64,000 nucleotides of DNA from Nemertoderma westbladi (Eukaryota; Animalia; Xenacoelomorpha), in contig JAUCBJ010008056.1 of assembly GCA_032718475.1 (NCBI GenBank), positions 62,001 to 126,000 of the forward strand. Direction: 5' to 3'. The notes under the pieces were generated by a model. It was not told where the DNA came from. It saw nothing but the letters and a program-made list of their open reading frames with translations, and made no database searches. Numbering within the stretch: the stretch's first letter is position 1; every line of letters begins with the position of its first letter. This document shows, piece after piece, positions 1 to 14,192 of this stretch. A program made the position numbers and the translations under genes.

Positions 1-3000
1 TTTTTTTCACTCTTACAAGTCTTGTTTAATTACAGAATATTAAAAACTTTCAAAAATGCACACATAAAACAACACCAATCACCTATTTACATTGAACAAA
101 CAATTAAGATGGAGCGGGAAATTTAAAAAGTTTAAAGTTTAAGTATTTAACAGTCTGAACCCGCTACCTACCAACTACACTGATACCTCCCCGGCCCCTC
201 AACCTACACTGACACCTCCAAGTCCGCATTAGCGAGGGGAATTGAAGTGTCGGCGACCTGGTGTACTGGCCGGTTGCGCGCCGAACGCGATCCACGGAGG
301 CACATGAGGCTGGCCCGTAGGAGCGCGAAGCTAACCTGCCGTCTCACCCAGTTGCAGCACTCAGCGTACCGGATGTCGCGTTTCTCGGCCAGCCTCAAAC
401 TTAAGTGTTTGAAGAACTGCCTGGTAGTAGGCGACATCCCACCGAACGCGGAGAAAATCAGAGGAGTGAAGGTTGCGAGCTCCACCTCGCGAACCCGTTC
501 CTCGTACTTGTTCCGCTTCCTCGTCTCGTGGAACGAGTGCGCACCCTCCAGCGACATTGCGGCATTGGTCACCGCTAGGTGGTTGAACACAGACACGTCT
601 ATGAAGGTCTTCTGGAACCGGTTACCCCAGAAGCCAGAAGCTGATACGTCCAGACGTGCCTGCTGGTCGATGGAAGTGGATCGGCGGTCGAATATCTCAC
701 CCGTAATTGGCTGCAGGTGCGGTTCCACGGTGACGTTGTGGGCAACCTCAGTCAGCGTATCGGCCACAAAATCCCTGATCTCGATGTGACGGATTGATGG
801 GAATCCACCTGTAGGATACGACAGAATATGTTGAACTGAAAATCGTGTCCCACAGGCACAACGAGCTGGAAGAGACTGGGGTTGCCAACCATACAGACAG
901 CGTCGCGGAACTCCTCCTTATTGAGGTGGGTACTGTGGAGGGTTATCGGTCGCGAGTTGATCCACGTCGACGCTCCCTTCTCGGACACTAACTCGTTCAA
1001 CTTCCGCTGCGGGTCGCTGAGTTTGGCGCGGGTTTCCTCCACCTTCTCCTTCAATGTCGAGGTGGATTGAGACTTTATCCGGCTGGCGATGAGTTTCTGC
1101 GCCTCCCACACCTCGGACATATTGTCGCTGGCGTTGAACGGGTTGCAGATCTCCCTCGAGTTCTCGTACTGCGACTGCAAGTCGTCAGGCAGTGGGATAC
1201 CGAGGCCCCCGAACCTAACCGGGAGCGAAAGTACCTCGCGTTCGACATCAGCCATTGAGGTGCGTTCCGGTAGAGTCTCGAGGAAATGTCGAACCGAAAC
1301 TTCCAGCGGGTCGAAGTGATCCATCGCCCCAGGGACCACTCTGGCGATGTACCGCCATCGGCCAACTAGTCCGAATGCCAGACCGGCGTAGGCGCAGTGG
1401 GGGTCTGTGCGGGCAATCTCCTCGAGGCGCTGAACCTGTTGGACGAACTCCTCGACTCTGGCTTGGATAAACTCCAGCCGGAATTCATCATCCCCGATAA
1501 TTCCACCAAGGAGTTTGTTTCCCCGTGTGCTGAATGTAAAGCAATCCTCCGGGAATATCCGCTTCGCCTCGTCCAGCAGCCCCAGTTTAACCAGCAAGTG
1601 GCACTTCGTTGGGTGGTATCCATAGAGAGTACCGCGACACACTACGACATCTCACATCTTCCGCAGCTCCAACAACGTACCCGCGCCATTACCGTCATCA
1701 GCGTACCACTTCTGCACCACATCAGAAACGTCATCCACCTCGCCAACCAGGGGGAGCACACCCGCGGCGTACATTGGCATCGCGACGGGGTCGCCCTGGG
1801 TCGATCCTTCCTCCGATAAGAGAAACTCTCCACCGATGAACAGCTTGGTCGGAGTGGAGTAACAATTGGTGACCATGGTATGTAGGGCCGGACAAATATG
1901 TTGGATATTGTGCACGGCTGCGGCGCGGTTGAGCGAATTGAATGCATTGTTCGCATCTATCTGGAGGATGGCCTCGCACTCATCCTCAGCGAAAGCGTCA
2001 TTGAGCGCGTGGATCGCGTGTTCGATCCCTGCCTTCTGTCCCACACACAACTGCGCCGTCCCGCAAACAGCCTGGAGATCCGCCGAGATGCAGTCTATCG
2101 TCGCCTTCCCAATAACCCGTCGGAGCATTTCGCCGATTCCTATCGGACGGACGCCTGGACATTTATCCAGTGCAATTAATCGCTCTGCCAATAGCGATGA
2201 GAGGCTACCTGGCGATACAATGGACTGCGCAATCTTCTTCGCTAAATTAGCAATGCTGTTGCACAGGTCCACCGATGAGTTGCGGAACTTGGTGGCGAGG
2301 TGTTTCCACCCTTGGGCATCCAGCCCTGACGGTCCGGCAGCATTACCGCGTATTCGCAGTAAACAGTTGAGAACGAGTTGCGCATCTATACTCTCAAAGA
2401 TGACACCATGGAACTCAGGTGCTCCTGGAAACCAATCGAGTAGAATCGAGGGGTCGGGTGGCGATGCGGCTGGGTGCTTATCCAGCAATGCTTCCCGAAC
2501 CGACTTGGTTACTCCGCGCTTATCCGTCACCATCTCATCTAAACTAAGAACACGACTTCTGGCGAGCTCGTTCAAACATCGCATTGCTGCCGCTACGTTT
2601 CCAGTAAGCATATGCTTACAAAACGCCTTCTCTGCTGATTCGTTCCGCTGTTTAAAGGCTCGCGATGTTGACTTCGGTAGGTGGGCTTGGATCACCCTCA
2701 CCTCAACCAGTAATTCGTCGAACCGGGCCAACTTCCAGGAAGTTAAACGCCGTTCCAGAACATTCCTATGTGTTGCAGCGTTCGAAGAACGGCTCGGCTT
2801 CTGCAGTAACAACGCGGGGAGAATCATTAACGCTGTAATCACAACTTCCTCCATTAATGAACCCGAAATAAACAAATTCATGAGGCGGGACAGCTCATCC
2901 ACTAACTGGCGCCCAATTGCACCGGGTGGGAGCAGGAACAATTGGGGCGCCAGTGAATTACGTCATACACTTTATTAATCTTGTTAGATAATTCCAAAAC

Positions 3001-3159
3001 AGGAACAATGTTTGCAAACCATTTGACTGACGTAGTAGCTGCGGTTGATTGAGCCAACGTGGCATTCGGGGTTCCAGTCAGTGTAGTTCCACCACCAGAC
3101 ACTGTGGGTGCCCGGGGGACAATACCAGGCAGCGCGGGGGCCTGACACCAGACTCTGTG

Positions 3160-3845
3160 GTGACGTCCTGGGTCGAGGGGACAGATACACCATCATCCGG
3201 GACCAAGTGGACAGAAACACCATCATCCGGGGCCGAGGGGACAGATACACCGTCATTATGGGCTGAGGGGACAGATGCACCGTCATCCTGGGCTGAGCGG
3301 ACAGATACACCGTCATCCTGGGCTGAGGGGAAAGATACACCAACGTCCGGGACCGAGGGGACAGATATACCGTCATTCTGGACTGAGGGGACAGATACAC
3401 CAACAACCACGGCTGAGGGGACAGATACACCAACGTCTGGGACAAAGGGGACAGATACACCGACATCTGGGATCGAGGGGACAGACACAACGACATCCTG
3501 GGCTGACAGGACAGATACACCAACGTCCTGGGTCGAGGGGACAGATACACCGTCATCCTGGGCTGAGGGGACAGAAACACCGTCATCCGGGGCCAAGGGG
3601 ACAGATACACCAACGTCCGGGACCGAGGGGACAGATACACCATCATTCTGGGCTGAGAAGACAGATACACCGAACACCGGGACGTCATCCTGGGCTGAGG
3701 GGACAGATACTCCAACGTCCGGGACAAGGGGGACAGATACACCGTCATCCGGGGCCGAGGGGACAGATACACCGACATCCTGGGCTGAGGGGACAGAAAC
3801 ACCGTCATCCGGGGCTGAGGGGACAGATACACCAACGTCCGGGAC
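3160..3845. repeat. 30-bp coding minisatellite (consensus near GGGACAGATACACCGTCATCCTGGGCTGAG)
   Basis: More than 20 visible tandem units; encodes DDGVSVPSAQ on the - strand. Confidence 0.95.
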
Positions 3846-4460
3846 TGTACCAACCCCAGACAGACAGGGACCTACTCCAGACGGCTCGAGACCATCTTCA
3901 GACTGACTCGTACCAACATCAGACAACCCTGTACCAACCGATGACAACCCTGGGCCAAAACCAGACTGACTAGTACCAACCCCAGACTGACCGGGACCTA
4001 CTCCAGACAGCTCGGGACCATTAGCAGACTGACTCATACCAACTCCAGACAACTCTGGGCCAACACCAGACTGACCAGAACAAGCACCAGACAGCTCGGA
4101 ACCAACACCAGACTGATCAGTACCAACCTCTGGACCAACACCAGACAGACCAGTATCAACCCCAGACAACCCTGGGCCAACACCGGGCTGACAAGTACCA
4201 ACCACAGACAGGCCAGGACCTATTCCAGACATCTCAAGACCATCACCAGACTGACTTGTGCCATCCCGAAACAACCCTGGGCCAACACCAGACTGACAAG
4301 TACCAACCCCAGACAAACAGGGAACTACTCCAGACAGCTCGAGACCATCACCAGACTGACTCGTACCAACCCCAGACAACCCTGGGCCAACACCAGACTG
4401 ACCAGTACAAGCACCAGGCAGCTCGGGACCAACACCAGACAGCTCGGGACCAGCACCGGT
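3846..4460. repeat. 21-bp-based coding minisatellite (SGVGPEL / SGVGTSQ)
   Basis: Recurring CCAGAC...CCAAC units; 7-aa periodicity in ORF 3078..4784. Confidence 0.85.
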
Positions 4461-4967
4461 GTGACTAGGAATTGCCCCAGACTTAACGCCAACAGATGAG
4501 GATGAGAGAGATAATAACGTTCCATCATTGTCCAACAAGGTTTCAACAGCCGACGGAGAACATGTATCTAATGGCTGAGAAAGGAACGTCCGTGTTAACT
4601 GAACAGCACTGCCCCGGTCCGGCAGTGGCTGGGAAGATGATGGCTGAACTAACGACGTACCGACGTTTTCACAATTCCCGTTCTTCCTCGCGGCGCAACT
4701 GATACTACAGTTTCTATGTGCTTTCGCGCAGACGCACTTCCTGCACCGACCAGTCTTCCCGTTGCAGCCACAACAGGCTGCCATCTAAGAACAACTAGGC
4801 AACGCGTGTGGCGATTAGCTGCCGATTTCCGTCCAAAAGCGTCAAGCAGTCTGGCAGTCAGATTACAGTAGGCCTTTTAGTATTGGTTGTATATGGTTAT
4901 TTATCCACCAGTTTATATACTAGTACCGGTTATACATACTATGTTCAACCTAGAATGGTAATAATAC

Positions 4968-4995
4968 CTACTACTACTACTACTACTACTACTAC
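4968..4995. repeat. (TAC)n microsatellite, left flank of BEL-1
   Basis: Direct reading; the last 5 nt (ACTAC) are the TSD. Confidence 0.95.
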
Positions 4996-6228
4996 TGTTC
5001 GCGCTTTCAGACCTTTGGCAGTTTAACCCGCCAAATTAGAATGTCTTCTAGATAATAAATCGCTTTTTAGTCTATGACAAGTATTTGATTCACTACACTA
5101 GTCGAAACCAATCCGTGCGCGACCATTCACCCTTCTGGATATTCCCGGGAGATTGGGTTCGGCGGTTTAATTTTTATTGCTATGTAAGCCTAATGTATTA
5201 TTCGACTGACAGTATTATATAATCTCTGACAATATTATTCACCTTCGGTAATATTAACAGTTCCTTTAGGACGTGGCGCTTTATCTATATAAACAGAGTT
5301 ATGACTTAAACTACTCACAACGATATGGCTTAATTATAATCCACATATATGACGCATTCTTTAGGAATTGCTTCTTTAACAGACTCACTCATACACTATG
5401 CTGCACAATACTGCACACTAATCTGCCAGTCTTCACTGATTTTAGTCACATATAAAAGGAACACAGGCTGACTCATGTAGGGTCTATCAAATAACATTAG
5501 ATTCACTTCAAACCACTTTAACATAAGTCACAATCGTTATTGGTAACCTTTCTCTCTTACCTTCGGTATATCAAGAATATTGGGTTGCGGGGTTATTTAT
5601 CGTTATTCCAAATATAATAATTCATCAACCATATTATGAAGAACTGACAGTAAATAGCAGTATCAAACAACAACTGAACAGTTAGGTAGATCGGTACATC
5701 AGTACCGGTATGTCAGCAGTGAGATATTTACAGTGAGATATTCAAGCAGTTAAAGGATATATGCCCTTTATAATTAAACCTACTAGTGTACGACTAAAAA
5801 GCAGTACAGCACAAAATACTTCCAAGCCGTTCTTTCTTTGGCTCAAGACTGAATGTAAACACTGCACATAGGCATTGCGTCATTTCTCGGAAATTTTCTG
5901 TACAAGGAGCCACAAAAACGCTCTCATTGGCTGACTGAACTGAGAGACGCCGTAGAACAAAGGAAATCAACACGTATGAATGTCAGCTGTTAACCGTAGT
6001 CATAGTAACTACTGTTCAAGAGTAGCTATCACCCTTTTGCGTCACGAATTGCCATAGAATCATAAAATATGCCTTTCACAGTACACATACGGAGGAAATA
6101 GGTCTTAGATCCTCTAAAAACACAGATACAGCAATAATACGGTCTCTTACACTTATTAAATCAACTACAGAGTATTTTAATGTAAAAGATAATAAAAATA
6201 ACGGGGCAATTCAGCAAAGGCTTTTACA
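4996..6228 (-). repeat. BEL-1 3' LTR (1233 bp)
   Basis: Matches 16360-17578 except for a few substitutions and a short duplication near 5717-5745. Confidence 0.95.
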
Positions 6229-6236
6229 CCGCTCCC
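6229..6236 (-). promoter_or_regulatory. BEL-1 polypurine tract (GGGAGCGG)
   Basis: Abuts TGTAAAAG, the start of the 3' LTR in element orientation; the same GGAGCGG occurs in BEL-2. Confidence 0.75.
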
Positions 6237-9200
6237 AGAAAATGGGATTTTCAGTCTATAAAATATAAAAATCACAGTTTCTAAAACCTAAAGATACTCT
6301 AAACAGTTAGTCTTTCTCGCGCGGACGGCGTTTACGCAGTTTTTTAAAGCTAGCAAGAGTCCTTTTCTCTTTGGGGGGAACCACTTTACTAGGAGGGCCA
6401 TAACTCCTGGGTGAAGGGTGCAATATGATTGCATTAGAAGGTTTGGGTTTACTGTCGGTGTCTCGTCCATTTCGATATGCTTCTCCTCGAGCTGATTTTC
6501 CTCCGCTTGTCATGGGATATGTTCGTCCAAAACTCTCGCAGAGAATAGGGTTTTCTAAGCTTGATATCTTCTTAGAGATTCGAGATTTCCCAATCGAACC
6601 GAGATAAGGCCAATTCGTTTATCGATTGGACTTACTGTTATAACTTACGTTTATCTGAACAAACGCAGGTTTCCTTTTGATCTTTATAGAATAGCGTTTA
6701 ACTCGTTTCGTACAACGCTCTCCTTCACTTTGATGAAGGGTTGTATCGCGTTAAATGGGACGACCATACGGTTGGATAAGGATATTAGGTGTCTGCGTCA
6801 TAATCCAGCTAGGTAAGATGGGCGGCTAGCTAGAAATCACTGTCGGAGTGTTACCGATTAATTGTTAGGGTAGCACTAGATCTTTGAACAGTGAATACAG
6901 TCCGCGAGGATCCGCGACACCACCAAGATCGCAGGTCTGAGGTCCAACTAAGGAATGAGGAGGTTTGACCGAGTATTCCGGGACTCTGATCGTAGGTTTA
7001 CTCCAGGATCGTTCGAGCCGAGTGAGCATAGGTGATACGTCAACAAGTTTCGGTTTACGTGGATGTTTATGTCTTTCCGTTTATTAGTTGGGTCTAGGGC
7101 ATTTATCGTAATAATACCAAAGACGCACGTCTGGTAGGGTAAACGCGGGTGATATTTATTTGTTGTTACAATGCTTCTATCAAGAATTCCAAATATACGT
7201 TGGAGTTACCGCGTCCATTTGTTTCTTAAGTGTCTTTTCTTTCGAGTCGATTTCGAATAGAATTTTCGCATTCGAATTTCCGTTTATGGTTCCGACTCCG
7301 CTGGGCAGGATATATAGTCGACATAGTCCGTATTGTGTAAATCGATAGGATGACCAGTAGTTAAGAAGACCATATACGTACCATTACGCTGCGTATATCG
7401 AGCAGCGAATTTTCTATAGTCCAACTCGCGCGAGAGCTGCACTTGGGACATTGTCGGTTCGATATAACGACCATCGTCCTCCGCAGCAGTTGGACTAACG
7501 TCGCCGCGTATTAAGCTATCAACAAACGCTTGCAAAAGTAGAGTATATCGCTCCCCGATACCAAGAACATCTGCTATCAACTCCATCATGTCTGCTATAT
7601 ATGAGTTTATCCACAGTATAAGGAGTTTATATTCAGGCTAGCGAGCGTCGCTGCCTACTCCAATTAACCCCCGGACAGTACGAGATCCTCAGCGCCGATG
7701 TGTCGTCGCCGCTGTACTTTCGCCAACGACGTAGCCGCACAATGACAACGACAACCGGCACAAGTCACTCAACTGTCCGTCCCAAAGGCTTAGATGTACT
7801 TCAGGTTTCCTTGGAGAGTTAGGATACTTTTACGATTGCGACTAGCTACTGTAAACACACCTTAGCAGTAACATTCACCTATAAACTCACAAATACCACA
7901 CACACAACTTGTCACAAATTACACACACTCGGGTCACTTGTCCGTTAGTCAATGCCTTCCAGAATGTCACTGTATTATTATGTATCCTTGGATACTATCA
8001 GTGCGCGATTTATTCCCTATGTTATTCAATGGGACAAGCTTTCTATTGTTAGTTTAACTCAATTCTAATTCTAGCGTGGTTGTTGCTATGGTGACATTAT
8101 GCAAAGCTAGCGGTAGAGTTAGGGTGATTCCAATGCATACAGATCTGGGATGTTATTTAATAGGAATTCTTTAATAGTCAATGTCCTGTTTATACATGAC
8201 TTTAAGAATTTTATCGGCTATTAACTATGTTTGGGAGACTTTCACACTCTCATACGCATGATAAGATAAATCTCCGCTCCCTTGATCTATTAATTAATGG
8301 AATTTTGGGAACTTTATAAATTGCGTAAAATGGCAATTTATTAAATTCATTAAAAGGCATGAATTTAAATTTATTCCCTGAAATTTTATTATTTGATAAT
8401 TAAATGGACATATTTTGATTCTAGAACATGTCTAGGGACACAAGATCCTTAATTCTAAGAAATTGTCTCTTTAAGAATATCGGTAAATGCTACGATATCT
8501 TAATTGACTAGAATTGTTGAAGGATCTGAATTTTACAGATTTTGAATTATTTGATTTGTAAATATTAACTAATTAATATTTGAGATGGGCACCGATTTAT
8601 TCCAGAACTTGTCTGGGGACGTTAACCACTGATTCTAGAATTTGTCTTTCAAGTATATCGGTGGGTGCCGCGATAGCTTAATCGACTAGAATTACAGATG
8701 GTCAAAGGGTTTAACAGATTTATTTTGCGTTATACGCTACTGTTAAAGGGACATCACGCTACTATATGTATTATTTAATATACGGTATGAGAGCAATATC
8801 GCACGAAGCAATGTCAGTGTGAAGAGGCAAGTCGTTTCCAAGGTCTACCCAGAGCTTGGTTTAGCCGAGACACGAGGATCTGAACTTTGCATTCCTAATA
8901 CTCTGCCTACCAATAATACTAAATATAGTAGTGGCTTTATTGTACTTTAATAAGTACAGACATTTCATCTTACTGTAGTTACGTATTTATAGTATAATAC
9001 GGACAGTAAGGAAAGAGAAAAAATAATTATCTCTTCGCCGTCGCACTAAATATAATATAAGTAATGACGTACGTAATAAACACGAATATATTGCACTATT
9101 CTACAAAATAATCGCTAAATAATATTCTACTAAATTAAATAAAACGATTATAATAAAATTACATAGTAATACATACATAAATATAAAAATAATAATAATA

Positions 9201-9239
9201 ATATAAAATAATAGAGTCACACGCCTACTCCGAACGATA

Positions 9240-12200
9240 TTAAGTTGGGGAGTCCCTAGATGTCGGTTGGATTAGGGAGGTGGTCGTGGGAAGAGAATCT
9301 TGCCTTCCACAGTTTCCGGAGAGTCCTCCATTCCCTTCCGATAAACACAAACGACCGACTGGGTGATTGAGTCGCTGCATCCTGAATACAATTCCAGGTT
9401 TCCTCTTCGTCCTGGAATAGTGACGATAGAAACATCGCTCAAAGTATATGACGGCGTCACAAAGCCGATTCCAGGAGCTATAGTGGTCCGTCGCTCTCTG
9501 CAGGAGAGGTGAGAGTCCCTGCGAGACGTCTGATGTTCCAGAGCTCCAATCGCTCTCTCTGATCTTCATGAAGGATCCACTCGCGGAGGGGAGGCCCAGA
9601 TCTACGGCGTCGTCCCTGGCAACATGTAATACCGACAGATCTATCCCGGGTTCAAATAACTCCGATCCACACGTCCGGGTTTCAGGTTCGACTTTCTCCG
9701 CTCCCTTGGCTGGTATAATCTCAGTCGGAGTAAGATGGGGAGGCCATTCATTCTCCTTACTCAGGAAGTCGGGTTCACCTAATCGGTCTGTAGTATCTGT
9801 CAGTTCTTGAGGAGTTGCTCCTCTGGAAGCGATGTCAATTGGATTAAACTTCTTGAGGCAATATCTCCATTGATCTACATTGGAGCTAAGATTGTCATTA
9901 TCTGAGGAGTGTGGTGTTCTCTCAGTTGGGTCGTCTCCCTCACTAGTATCATCTTCCCATTCACTCACCTGGCAGACGCGATCTTGAAGCAGTCTTTCCC
10001 TGAGCGTTCTACGGGAAGGTCCAGTAAGGTACCAACCTACTCTAGTTCTTACCGCATAGGTCTGTAGTGGCTGCGGTTGAGCAGGTCGTTTCTCTAATGT
10101 CTCCAGCGCCTCATGCGCGTTTTGGCCGATGAGTATTTGCACTCTAGGGTAATCAGTCTGGAATCGAGGTATGTTAAGATGTTGGATGCTCTCATCCTCG
10201 TCCCAATTATAAAGGTCTGCTTGAGTAGTAGCGAAGTTCTTTATAGCCACCATTTTCACTGACCTTATGCTATGTTCTCCTAGTTCGTCTTGTGGGGTGG
10301 ACAACGCGCCTACATAATAATCAGCTGTTATTGTAGATTTCCAAACTTGCATAATGCCTGACATGTTGAGCTTAGTTTGGAACTTGGGTTGTCCAGCAAA
10401 TATATCTTCGGCTAGCTCTTTATCGATGAATGTTCCTGTGCTGCCGGAGTCCAGGAGGGCGTTCACTACATAACTCCGTTTAGGTCCGTGCACCCTTACC
10501 TGCACCACAGGAAACTCTCGGATTCCTATATTGGAAGTTGGCGCTTTCCAAGATGGTTGTTGATCGGAAGTAGTTAAGGTAAGGTCGCTGTCTGTGTCTT
10601 TCTCATGTACGAGTGCTCGATACACTGCGGTGGTGTTTATTAGGTAACAGGATTCGTTTTGGTCGGAGAACTCGTCCGTATAGAATCCTTCCATCTCAGA
10701 TTGATCAGTGTCGTTCACATCACTGAATTGGACATGTAGTTCGGACTCACTTACCGGACTCGGGCTGTTTCGTTCGAATTCCGTGTGCAACAAGATATGA
10801 TGATTTGCGCCGCACTTTGCACACCTTGCGTCGGAGTTACAGGTTCGCCGTTGGTGTCCTCGTCTGAGGCAATTATAACACAACCGCTTATCCCTCATGA
10901 CTTCACGTCTATCCTCGAGTGATTTCCTCAGGAATTTATCACACGCATTTAAACGGTGGGGCCCGTCGCACAGCACACATTTCGGCTTGATGTTACTTAC
11001 TTTAACCTGTGCTATGTGGTGCACACTTGTTCTTTCCTCGGGCTTTCTCACCTGAATTCCTTTAGGAGACGTAGGAGGGGTTTTTTGTACCGGTTCCCTT
11101 CTGTCATTGGGTCGAGACTTGGATTTACTTACCTGTTCTTTAGGCATTTTATTGACATAATAAGGCCTGTCAGTGTCTTTCCCGCTGTCCTCTCCTTGAG
11201 AGGTTTGGCTTTCACCGTCGTCGGTATAACATACTGGTGTTACCCTTCTCCTAGAAACGGGTTTCTCACTTACCTTGTTTTCCAATGTCTTCTCTCTGGA
11301 CTGCCTTAGGAGCTGTAATTTCACTTCTCTATCTAAGAATGACATGAGATCAGTCATGGTAGGGTCTCGTCGTTGTTGTTCCATCATATATAACACCTTC
11401 TTATCCCAGCGTGTACCTACTCCACCCTTCGGTAAAGCAGAAGCCACTGCTCTAATAACCATAGCACTCTGATACTCATGAGACTTACCTAGCCAATCTA
11501 ATTGTCTGCAGATCTCCTGAATTTCATCGGAAAACTCTATAATCCCGCTGCTAATAAACTTTCGGGGCGCTACCAACTTTGCATACAAATACCCAGCTAT
11601 GTTATTCCTATTACCATACCTGATGTTTAGTGTATCCCAAACTTGTCTTAATCCGTCTGGATGTCCAATAAACCTTAACGCCATTAACTTGGGAGATCCT
11701 TCCAAGCACTCGATGAGGTATCTAAGTTTTTCTCCATTAGATAGTACGGAGTTCTGTATGTTATCTTTGTAATATTCATTAAAAGGTAACCATTTCATCT
11801 CATCTCCATTGAACTTGACGATCTGTCCCACCTTTACCGCTTGCCGGGCTTCGGTTCTAGCCATTTGACGCGTAAAACTTTCTTGGGCCATCGTGTTATT
11901 TAATATCGAGTTATCGGTATATAAATTTCTCGGATTATGATCAGTTCTATAGGGAATGTCATTATCAACAGGTCTATAATTACCCTTAATAGGGTTCACT
12001 ATAGGAGTTTCTACTTCGCTAGCAGTATATATGCGTGTAGGCTCCACACCTTGCGCATGCGATACTTCAGACCTAACGGGTTGACACATTGTTACAGGGG
12101 GTGGTGGTATACCCTTTTGTAAATTTACTAATTTATCGCGCTCTAGCGCGATACTTTGCTGCACTTCTTGCAACTCTAGCCTACTTTCCCTTACTGTGCC

Positions 12201-14192
12201 CTTGAACTGCTGGACAGTCTCCTGCATCTGTCCGAGCAGGATATCCATCCCCCGCCGTCTCTCGTCCACCCATTCGACCGCCGAAGCGGGAGTCGCCAAC
12301 GTTGTAGCGGGCGGACGAGGGACAACGGGCGACAAATTGTGAATATTTCGCTCGGGGTCCAGGACCTGAACTGTCTCTTGGGCAGTTCTGCGGGGCACAG
12401 GTAGCTTAGTGCTATGCAGAGGGAATTTAGAGGTAGTTTCAGGGAGCACATGTGTGTCTATCACCGAAGGGGTGATTTCAAGAACAGGCCTAATTATTTC
12501 AGGCTCATCTACTATAGTAGGGAGTCTTTCTATTTTAATTATTTGGTCTGTGGGCTCTGTACTACCTAAGTTGGTGTTATTTAGTTGCCTTCTAACAGCT
12601 GGAGGCAAATCAGGCAATTTCTGACGGTGGAATGTTCTTTTACGTCTACTTGGACGAGATCTATTTCCCTTGCCTTCAGTATCGGTGGTATCGCCTTCCT
12701 CAGATGATGTATACCCCTGTCTTTTGGGAGTAGATCGCCTCATCATCTGCATATTACTAGCTGTTAACTGTTTATTGAAGTTGTCTTGCCTCTCTTGAAG
12801 GTTTTCCAACTCTAGTTGGGTTGCCTCTTCAGATGCCCTCCGTTCTGCTTCTGCCACTGCCTCTGCTGTTTTTCTTTCGGCTTCTGCCGCTGCCACTGCT
12901 GCTGCCGCTTTCCTTTCCGCTTCGGCCTCTGCCAATGCTGCCTTTCTTTCCGCTTCTGCCTCTGCCACTGCTGCTGCTGCCTTTCTTTCCGCTTCTGCAG
13001 CTACTACTGCTGCTTTCTTTCTGTCTTCTATACGTTTTTTCTTTACTTGTTCTTCCCTTTCTCTAGCGATGCGGAGTTGTTCATCGAATTTAGCTTGGTT
13101 CGCCGCTAACCTATCCACATCAATCGCATCTAACACAAGTTTGGCTCCTTCGCTATTAGGGCTAAGTCCCTCTAGCCTTCTCCTCAACTCTTTATCTCCC
13201 ACAAAACGCTGATAGTCTGACAGATAGATATCAATGGCATCCTTCTTATGCGGTTTCTCTGCCGTCGCTTCACTTTCCACTTGGGAAAAAGTAGCGTCTG
13301 TTGATTCTCCATGGGTTGATCGCTCCTCTAGCTGAGCTTTCCACTGAGCAGTTCCTCGAACCTGGAGATTCACTCTTTGAAACCAAGTCTTTACGGCAAC
13401 TTGCAACGACGTGTCTTGTCTTCTTTTAGAAGCCTCCTCAAAGGCGGATAAGATTAGCCTAATCCGCAGAACTCTTTCTCTAACTTGATAAAGCAGCGAT
13501 CCCTGCTCTTGAGGTCCTTGAGGTTGTTGAAACAGTTGTCTCTCTACTCGCTCCATAGAGCTGAAGAATCCCTGTGCGTATCAGGCTGCGGACCTCTTCC
13601 ATACAGCTGGATCGATGGTTTCCTTGGCTACTCCCATCCTGTGTATGTCTTCCCAGGCAGCTTCTGATAAATCAAACGGGAGTCCGGGTCCGGGGAAGTT
13701 CCATTGCGACTCGACAATAGACTTCAGTTCTTCACTAGTGTAGCCCGCGTAGCTATCTCTAGTTGACCGTTGACTTCTCGCCCAATCGATCTGGTGTTCT
13801 TCTACCGCGATCAATAACCCAGCGAGCACGGCTGCAGGAAGGATGAGAAGGGGATCCGTATAAACCGCATCCGTCATCTCTGCTCCGCTCTCGGGTGTCA
13901 GCTCTACAGTATCCTCACTACTGGAGCTGCTGGGCCGCTGAGGAATAAGTTCTTGACTAGCGGGTTGTTGCTGTTCCGCTGCTTGTTGGTCCCGCTTGAC
14001 CTGAGCTCGAGTGCCTATGATAGACCTACGATGTTGGACTAGCCTAGGTTCTGTTATTACTACTGGAGGGATGACCTTCCTCACAGTGGGAGGTGAACTG
14101 GATTTACGACCAGACGTTTGTACGTCTCTATCTGAGTCGCAGATAGTGACATCTAATAAACTGTCTGACAGGTTCTGCTTAGTATCAGACAT
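9240..14192 (-). pseudogene. BEL-1 gag-protease polyprotein with short RNase H and integrase remnants; one in-frame TGA at 13581-13583
   Basis: ORFs 14192-13581 and 13556-9240 are in the same frame. Motifs: CYNCLRRGHQRRTC, CAKCGANHHILLH, ALLDSGS, WRYC...NPIDIASRG, HPVGRLC. Confidence 0.88.

Larger units (their letters stand above)
204..4784 (-). pseudogene. Frameshifted single ORF of CRE-1: Cys-rich N-terminus, repeat linker, RT, RLE
   Basis: ORFs 4784-3078, 3102-2902 (VYDVIHWRPN), 2941-1652, 1642-752 and 767-204 are consecutive parts of one protein broken by frameshifts. Confidence 0.85.
1..4967 (-). mobile_element. CRE-like non-LTR retrotransposon (RT + restriction-like endonuclease), near full length, called CRE-1 here
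   Basis: Minus-strand ORF pieces: RT (RPIGIGE, DANNAFN, GSTQGDP, YADD) and a C-terminal RLE (RLDV...FIDV...KRNKY). The T run at 1-7 is read as the poly(A) tail, cut by the window edge. The 5' boundary is uncertain and placed next to the (TAC)n tract. Confidence 0.85.

Noticed and set aside
1866-2978. 370-aa antisense ORF over the CRE-1 RT
   Set aside because: Mirror frame of the RT with no motif of its own.
2984-3973. Three extra ORFs over the CRE-1 repeat
   Set aside because: Shadow frames of the coding minisatellite.
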